From assembly GCA_037441385.1 (NCBI GenBank), contig JBBISH010000002.1, positions 108,397 to 172,396 of the forward strand: a stretch of 64,000 bases of DNA, written 5' to 3'. This DNA is from Myxococcales bacterium (GTDB taxonomy: Bacteria; Myxococcota_A; UBA9042). Both the position numbers and the translations under genes were made by a program. This document shows, one piece after another, positions 57,885-64,000 of this stretch. The first letter of the stretch is position 1, and each line of letters begins with the position of its first letter. The notes beneath the pieces are model-generated. The model made no database searches. It worked only from the letters and a program-made list of their open reading frames with translations, and was not told the origin of the DNA.

Positions 57885-60800
57885 CTGCAACCGCCGGAGG
57901 TTTGGCCGCAATCGCAGCGGTAGCACTTGCCGGCCGGCGTCATCATGCGGCCACACGACGAGCAGAGCGGCGCATCCAGGCGGGCCTGGTACAGGCGGTC
58001 GGTAGCGCGCTGCGTCTCGGCCTCGGTCTCGGTGCCGGCGCCGTTGCCCAGCGCTTTGGCCGGGTCGACGACTTTGACCTTGAGCACCGCGCCGGTCGAG
58101 CCGCTGGTGCCGCTCGAGGCGTGGGCGGTCTCGCCGCCTTCCAGCTCCGCGTCGCCGCGGTCCAGGAACTTCAGGGCCATCCAGCGGAAGATGTAGTCGG
58201 TGATCGACTTGGCCATCGGGATGTCGCGGTTGCCCGTAAAGCCCGACGGCTCAAAGCGGGTAGCCGTGAACTTGTCGGCCAGCACTTGCAGCGGCACGCC
58301 GTATTGCAGCGCGAGCGAGATCGCCGTGGCGAACGCGTCCAGCAGTCCCGACAGCGTCGATCCCTCTTTGGCCATGGTGATGAAGACTTCGCCGGGGCTG
58401 CCGTCTTCGTACATGCCCACGGTGATGTAACCCTCGTGCCCCGCGATCGAGAACTTGTGCGTCAGCGCCTGCCGCTCGTCGCTCAGCTTCTTGCGGTAGG
58501 GGCGGAACACCTCGCGCTCGATGATCTTTTCGACCACCTGCGCCGGGCTCTGCGGCGCGGGCGCGATCTGCGCCACCGGCCGGCTATCCGAACCGTCCTC
58601 GTTTTGCTTCTTGGTCGACAGCGGCTGGATGCGCTTGCAGCCGTCACGGTAGATCGCCACCGCTTTGACGCCCATGTGCCACGCGGCCATGTAGGTCTCG
58701 GCGATCTCGGCCGCACTGGCCTCGTTGGGCAGGTTGACGGTCTTGCTGATCGCGCCCGACAGGAACGGCTGCACCGCACCCATCATCTTGAGGTGACCCA
58801 GGTAGTGGATCGAGCGCGAGCCGTTGGCCGGGCGGAAGGCGCAGTCGAACACCGGCAGATCCTTGTCCAACAGTCCGGGCGCGCCCTCGATGGTGTCGTT
58901 CTGATCCACATAGGCCGTGATCGCCTCGACTTCCCTGGCCGAGTAGCCCAACCGCGCCAGCGCCTCGGGCACCGCTTGGTTGACGATCTTCAGCGTGCCG
59001 CCGCCCACGAGCTTCTTGTACTTGACCAGGGCGATGTCGGGTTCGATGCCGGTGGTGTCGCAGTCCATCATGAACGCGATGGTGCCGGTCGGCGCCAGCA
59101 CGGTGACCTGCGCGTTGCGGAAGCCCGCCTTTTCGCCGAGTTTCAGCGTGTCGTCCCACACCTGGCCCACGGCTTCCATCAGGCCGCCCGGCACGAACAG
59201 GGCGTCGATCCCCGCCACGGCGCCGCGGTGCTTGGCCATCACGTTCAGCATCGGCTCGCGGTTGGGCGCGTAGCCTGGGAACGCGCCGAGCTGCTCGGCC
59301 AAGCGCGCCGACTGCAGGTTGGCTTCGCCGTGCATGAGCGCGGTGATCGCCGCGGCAAACGCGCGCCCTTCCTCGCTGTCGTAGGCCAGACCGCGCTTCA
59401 TCAGGATCGCGCCCAGGTTGGCGTAGCCCAGGCCCAGCGGCCGGTAGTCGTGGCTATTGCGCTCGATCGCCGGCGTGGGATACGCGGCAAAGTCGACCAG
59501 AATCTCTTGAGCCGTGATGGTCAGATCCACGGCGTGGCGGAAGGCCTCGACCTCGAAGTCACCGCGATCGCTGACAAACTTCATCAGGTTCAGCGACGCC
59601 AGGTTGCAGGCCGAGTCGTCCAAGAACATGTACTCGCTGCACGGGTTGCTGGCGTTGATGCGCGCCGTGTTCGGGCAGGTGTGCCAGTCGTTGATGGTCG
59701 AGTCGAACTGCATGCCGGGGTCGCCGCACCACCAAGTCGACTCGGCGATGGCGTCCATGACCTGCCGGGCGCGGTAGGTGTCCACGGTGCGGCCGTGGGT
59801 GATGGCCTTGGTCTCCCAGGCTCCGTCGTTTTCCACCGCGTTCATGAAGTCGTCGCTGACGCGCACCGAGTTGTTCGAGTTCTGGAAGAACACCGACGCG
59901 TAGGCCTCGCCGTCCATGCGGCCATCGTAGCCGGCTTCGATCAGCGCCCAGGCCTTCTTCTCTTCCTTTTCCTTGCAGCGGATGAACTCCATGATGTCGG
60001 GGTGTTCCGCATTGAGGATCACCATCTTGGCCGCGCGACGGGTCTTGCCGCCGCTTTTGATCACGCCCGCGAACGCGTCGAAGCCCTTCATGAAGCTGAC
60101 GGGGCCCGAGGCCTCGCCACCGCCGGCCAGCACTTCCTTGCTGCTGCGGATCGGGCTGAGGTTGCTGCCGGTGCCCGAGCCGTACTTGAACAGCATGCCT
60201 TCGGTCTTGGCCAAGGTCAGGATCGACTCCATGGTGTCGTCGACCTTGTTGATGAAGCACGCCGAGCACTGCGGCTGCGCCTCGACGCCCACGTTGAACC
60301 ACACGGGCGAGTTGAACGACATGCGCTGGTGCAAAAGCAGCCAAGTCAGCTCGGCCTCAAAGGTTTGGCAATCGTCTTCGCTGGCGAAGTAAGCGGCGTT
60401 GCGGGCCCACGCGCCGATCGTGCCCACCACGCGGCCGATCAGCTGGCGCACGCTGGACTCGCGGTCTGGCGTGCCCAGCGTGCCGCGGAAGTACTTCGAC
60501 ACCACCACAGCGGTGGCGGTCTGCGACCAGAACGACGGGAATTCCACGCCCTTCTGCTCAAAGATCACCTCGCCGCGCGTGTTGCTGATCGAGGCGGTGC
60601 GGCGGTCCCAGGCCACTTCGTCAAAGGGGTGGACGCCGGGGCGAGTAAAACGGCGGGCCATGGTCAGCCCAGGGCCGCGATCCGCCTTGTGGCTCGCGGG
60701 CAAACGGCGACCAGCAAACTGGTCGGGCGCCACGGTCACGCTCTCGGTCGGTTCTTCCGTCGCCAATTCGTCAAAAAGCCTGGCCTGCACCGGGCCCCCC

Positions 60801-60982
60801 CTTTCGCCAAAGCCCACGTCGTCCAAGGTACCACCTTCGGTACGCAGGTCGCCAAGGTTGTCCATGCGGGCGCCGATGGTCCGGCCGGCACTGCCCAGTA
60901 CCGCGGGAGGATTCATGCCTGCCTGCCCGCCGATCGCGGTGTCGCCGCCCCGAGTGATGCTTTCGCTGTTGATGCTGTCCAT
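57881..60982 (-). CDS. nrdJ: Vitamin B12-dependent (class II) ribonucleotide reductase with C-terminal TSCPD-type domain and Zn ribbon
   Basis: FNSPVWFN, CSACFI, GGKTRRAAKM, SNPCSEY, CNLASLN, APTGTI, SKTVN, YRDG, terminal CxxC..C.CDCG..GCS; GGAGG before ATG 60982 (start uncertain). Confidence 0.95.
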   Translation of the reverse strand: MDSINSESITRGGDTAIGGQAGMNPPAVLGSAGRTIGARMDNLGDLRTEGGTLDDVGFGERGGPVQARLFDELATEEPTESVTVAPDQFAGRRLPASHKADRGPGLTMARRFTRPGVHPFDEVAWDRRTASISNTRGEVIFEQKGVEFPSFWSQTATAVVVSKYFRGTLGTPDRESSVRQLIGRVVGTIGAWARNAAYFASEDDCQTFEAELTWLLLHQRMSFNSPVWFNVGVEAQPQCSACFINKVDDTMESILTLAKTEGMLFKYGSGTGSNLSPIRSSKEVLAGGGEASGPVSFMKGFDAFAGVIKSGGKTRRAAKMVILNAEHPDIMEFIRCKEKEEKKAWALIEAGYDGRMDGEAYASVFFQNSNNSVRVSDDFMNAVENDGAWETKAITHGRTVDTYRARQVMDAIAESTWWCGDPGMQFDSTINDWHTCPNTARINASNPCSEYMFLDDSACNLASLNLMKFVSDRGDFEVEAFRHAVDLTITAQEILVDFAAYPTPAIERNSHDYRPLGLGYANLGAILMKRGLAYDSEEGRAFAAAITALMHGEANLQSARLAEQLGAFPGYAPNREPMLNVMAKHRGAVAGIDALFVPGGLMEAVGQVWDDTLKLGEKAGFRNAQVTVLAPTGTIAFMMDCDTTGIEPDIALVKYKKLVGGGTLKIVNQAVPEALARLGYSAREVEAITAYVDQNDTIEGAPGLLDKDLPVFDCAFRPANGSRSIHYLGHLKMMGAVQPFLSGAISKTVNLPNEASAAEIAETYMAAWHMGVKAVAIYRDGCKRIQPLSTKKQNEDGSDSRPVAQIAPAPQSPAQVVEKIIEREVFRPYRKKLSDERQALTHKFSIAGHEGYITVGMYEDGSPGEVFITMAKEGSTLSGLLDAFATAISLALQYGVPLQVLADKFTATRFEPSGFTGNRDIPMAKSITDYIFRWMALKFLDRGDAELEGGETAHASSGTSGSTGAVLKVKVVDPAKALGNGAGTETEAETQRATDRLYQARLDAPLCSSCGRMMTPAGKCYRCDCGQTSGGCS

Positions 60983-61348
60983 TGCCGCCTCCGCCTGCCG
61001 CTCTTCGTAGTTCAACTTCTGATTTCTTCCAGCAAACTGCGCTCGTGGGCCGTCGCGCCGTCTGGGCGACAAGCCACCGTTGACCGCGGCGATCGGCTCG
61101 CCAAACGGCTCCAGCAAGGTCAGTTGGACTGGATGCTGTTGGATATAATCTGGTTGACGACTGCGCGCGGGGCGACTGCGACTGGCGGCCCCCCCTGCGA
61201 TCACCCCGCTTGTTGGCCTGCCGCGAGGCGTGGCCAAGGAAGCAAGCCGCTGGTTGTCGTCCGTCCGTCGCGACCGTATCCGCTGCACGTCGCACCTCCA
61301 ACGCTATCCCGGTCCCCCCGGGTGGTCAACTTGCTTCTGAGGGTCGCA

Positions 61349-61396
61349 CCACAACCGGCGGTGTCAAAAAAATCGATCGTCCACTACCGGTAGTGG
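61349..61396. promoter_or_regulatory. Tandem NrdR-like boxes upstream of nrdJ
   Basis: Perfect 16-bp palindrome CCACTACCGGTAGTGG (61381-61396) and a degenerate copy CCACAACCGGCGGTGT (61349-61364), 32-bp offset; a minus-strand TTGACA (61362-61367) overlaps the degenerate box. Confidence 0.65.
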
Positions 61397-61777
61397 TAGG
61401 GCGGCGACGTGGCGCGCTTTTTGGGCCGACCATTTTTGTACCGAACGCTGGCGCCAATTCGCCGCGCCTGCCGACCCAACAAGGCTTGTGGACAAGCTGT
61501 CGCTGCCCCCCTGGACCCGATGAATTCAGATCGAAAACGCCGGCCGTCGACTGGCCCACTGCGGCCTGATCGGGGCTGCAATAGCAGCTGATCACCGGCG
61601 CACCGCCGGCCGCGGTCGCGAGGTCAAGGCTGCGTCTCTTCAGTTGAATTCTACACATAGGCAAATTTGCAGAGCTTTCTTAGAGGGCACTTGGCCCGCG
61701 CTTGAACCGCCGCACCGAACCAGCGATGCTGCCACTGTTTGCGCCGCGGCGACGCGCGACGGCGCGCCAGGAACAGA

Positions 61778-62806
61778 ATGCAGTTCATTGATCAGGCAAC
61801 GATTTACGCTAGCTCGGGTGCGGGCGGCCATGGCAGCAAGTCTTTTCGACGCGAGAAGTACATCCCGCGGGGCGGGCCCGACGGCGGCGACGGCGGCCGC
61901 GGCGGCGACGTGGTGGTCGTTGGCGATCAGCGTTCGCGGTCACTGCTCGACTTCCACTTCAACCGCCACTACCAGGCCGAAAACGGGGCACCCGGCGCCG
62001 ATTCGCGCAAAACCGGCCGCGATGGCGCGGATCTGCTGCTAGCCGTTCCGCCGGGAACGCAGGTCTACGACGCCGACTCGGGCGAACTACTGGGCGACGT
62101 CGTCGAACAAGGCCAGCGGCTGACCATCCTCAGCGGTGGCAACGGCGGTTGGGGCAACGTCCACTTTGCCACGGCTACGCGCCAGGCGCCGGATCGCGCC
62201 AACCCTGGCCAGCCCGGCCAAACGCGGCGGCTGCGTCTGGAGCTGAAACTGCTCGCCGATGTGGCCTTGGTCGGCTTCCCCAACGTGGGCAAATCCAGCC
62301 TGATCCGCTCGATCTCGGCGTCGCGGGCCGAGGTGGCCGACTACCCGTTTACCACCTTGGTGCCCAACCTGGGCGTGGTGCGCCACCGCGGTCGCACCTT
62401 TACGGTGGCCGACATTCCGGGCCTGATCGAGGGCGCGGCCGACGGCGCCGGGTTGGGCATCCGCTTCCTGCAACACATCGAACGCTGCAAGACCCTGTGT
62501 TTTTTGCTGGTGCAGAGCGAAGACCCCGAGCCGCTGCAGGCGCTGGCGATCTTGCGCCGCGAGCTGTCAGCCTATTCGCCCGATCTGGCACAGCGGCCGG
62601 CGGTGTATTGCCTGGCCAAGGCCGACACCCTGGGGCCCGAGGCCGAATCGACCGCGCAGGCCCTGAGCCAGCATCTGGGCGCGCCCGTATTCGCCATCTC
62701 GCCGGTCACCGGCAGCGGAATTGGCGCGCTGTTGAACCACCTGGCCGATCAGTTCACCGCCGAGGCGCCGCCGCTCCCCAGCGAGTGGTCGCCGCTGGAT
62801 CCCTGA
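61778..62806 (+). CDS. obgE: GTPase ObgE/CgtA
   Basis: MQFID, FRREKYIPRGGPDGGDGG, LELKLLADV, GFPNVGKS, YPFTT, DIPGLIEGA. Confidence 0.97.
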   Translation: MQFIDQATIYASSGAGGHGSKSFRREKYIPRGGPDGGDGGRGGDVVVVGDQRSRSLLDFHFNRHYQAENGAPGADSRKTGRDGADLLLAVPPGTQVYDADSGELLGDVVEQGQRLTILSGGNGGWGNVHFATATRQAPDRANPGQPGQTRRLRLELKLLADVALVGFPNVGKSSLIRSISASRAEVADYPFTTLVPNLGVVRHRGRTFTVADIPGLIEGAADGAGLGIRFLQHIERCKTLCFLLVQSEDPEPLQALAILRRELSAYSPDLAQRPAVYCLAKADTLGPEAESTAQALSQHLGAPVFAISPVTGSGIGALLNHLADQFTAEAPPLPSEWSPLDP

Positions 62807-63647
62807 ACCTGCCGCGGAAAGCGCGCGGGGCGACCCGGGCCGCAATAGAGCCGCTGCGGTGCGCGCTTGCCGACCTTGGGCAAATGTGTCGATTTTCGCA
62901 TGACCGTTCCCCGGTTACCTTGCGGCCTGGGCCCGTGGTCTGCCCCGGACCGCAGTAGCTCTGCCGACTTGCGTGGTCTAGGCGGCATTCTGCACGGGCC
63001 ACAGGCCGGTGGCGGGCCGAACCCTGGGATACAAAGGAATGTGTAGAGAATTTGACCGGGCAGGTCGGCACATCCTATTCTGACCCCGTGCAAGGAATTC
63101 GCCACCCTGCAGGTCGAGTCGTCGAAGCCGCGTCGGCGAATTGCTTGTTCAATTCAGAGTGCTTGAGGTCTTGCATCCCGCTGAGTTCGCCACGGGTGCG
63201 CCCCGCGGCCAGCCCCAGCCGGGGTGGTGACAGGGGCGCCACAGTCGTGGCAAGATAGTGCGCTGGCGGACGCATACCCTGGTACGGGTGTGCCATCTCC
63301 GTTTGTTTCCGGGTCTAAACGGTCGCCGATCGCGCGAACCCGGGAACGCTGCGGGGCGAAACTGCCCCCTGCTTGGCCAGTTGCCGCGGCCAGGGAGCGT
63401 GCGAGCGACAGGGCAAACGAACGACGGGGCGACGCGGACGCGCGGCGGCCCCAGCCAATGGCGCGGTCACGCGTCGAACCAGTCGAAGGTGCCCCGCAAA
63501 GGCGCCGAACCCATAGCCGGCTTCGGCCGGCACAACGCAGGCGGTGCGGGCGGGTTGAGCCCAAATCACACCGCGAAATGCGGCCAGAACGATGGCGATG
63601 ACGACCGCCATGCCCGGCCACCCCGATTTGCAGCAAGTGAGCACACC

Positions 63648-63902
63648 ATGGCACACCGCACGAATGACCTGAGCCCGATCCTGGCGCGCCCGCAGCCCCG
63701 CCAACTGGCCTGCCGATTGGCACGGCTGGTGGGCGGCATGGCGTCGCTGCGCACGATCGCGGCCGCCAGCCTGCTGATCGGCGCGACCGCGATGGCCGCC
63801 CCCGAACCGGCCAAGCCGGCCGCTGGCACCCCGGCTCCGGCGGCCCCGGCCCCAGCCGCACCCGCAGCAGGCGCCCCGTGGCCACGTCCCCCGACGCGGT
63901 GA
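63648..63902 (+). other. N-terminus of a secreted Pro/Ala-rich protein that ends abruptly (truncated, frameshifted or at a junction)
   Basis: Signal-like IAAASLLIGATAMA-A followed by PEPAKPAAGTPAPAAP linker, then stop with no folded domain. Confidence 0.35.
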
Positions 63903-64000
63903 CGAGCCGGAAGAAGTAGAGCCCGGCGGGCACCGCTTTAACATCCGCGACGGCGATGCGGCCATCGCCGGCAAGTTTGGCGATGTCGAAACCGTGGCCG

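Noticed and set aside
60983..61348. Cobalamin riboswitch upstream of nrdJ
   Set aside because: I could not find the B12-box or the GGGAA..GGTG.AA.TCC core by eye; an Infernal scan would be decisive
57473..61393. 1306-aa plus-strand ORF
   Set aside because: Antisense shadow of nrdJ, typical of high-GC codon bias; no recognisable motifs

Overview
High-GC (roughly two-thirds) core chromosomal segment of a deltaproteobacterium, most likely Myxococcota-like (Tgl-type pilotin, CarD/CdnL, DUF507, GYF protein, short OPX plus beta-barrel export module). Contents in order: maf-yggS; a rearranged dcw cluster (mraZ-rsmH-ftsL-[Tgl/PilF-like TPR lipoprotein]-ftsI-murE/F fusion-mraY-ftsW-murG-ftsQ-ftsA-ftsZ, without murD/murC/murB/ddl); Cys-rich lipoproteins; a stand-alone polysaccharide export operon; an AsmA-like/GT51 fusion; plsB and a lipid kinase; a tryptophanase-family lyase; a U32 hydroxylase overlapping a chorismate-mutase gene; class 3 asparaginase; orphan ParA; carD; a minus-strand unit of four tRNA-Ser, tRNA-Arg(ACG), tadA, SRP RNA, dnaX and recR; a LuxC-like reductase; class II RNR with tandem NrdR-like boxes; and obgE. 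I saw no rRNA, CRISPR-Cas, transposase, integrase or phage genes. Best leads: the pilotin-like gene inside the dcw operon, the U32/chorismate-mutase pair, a 75-bp tandem array that reiterates the SRP RNA 5' arm, and an FtsZ with two C-terminal core motifs. All family calls are from motif recognition by eye, not database searches, and several start codons are best estimates.
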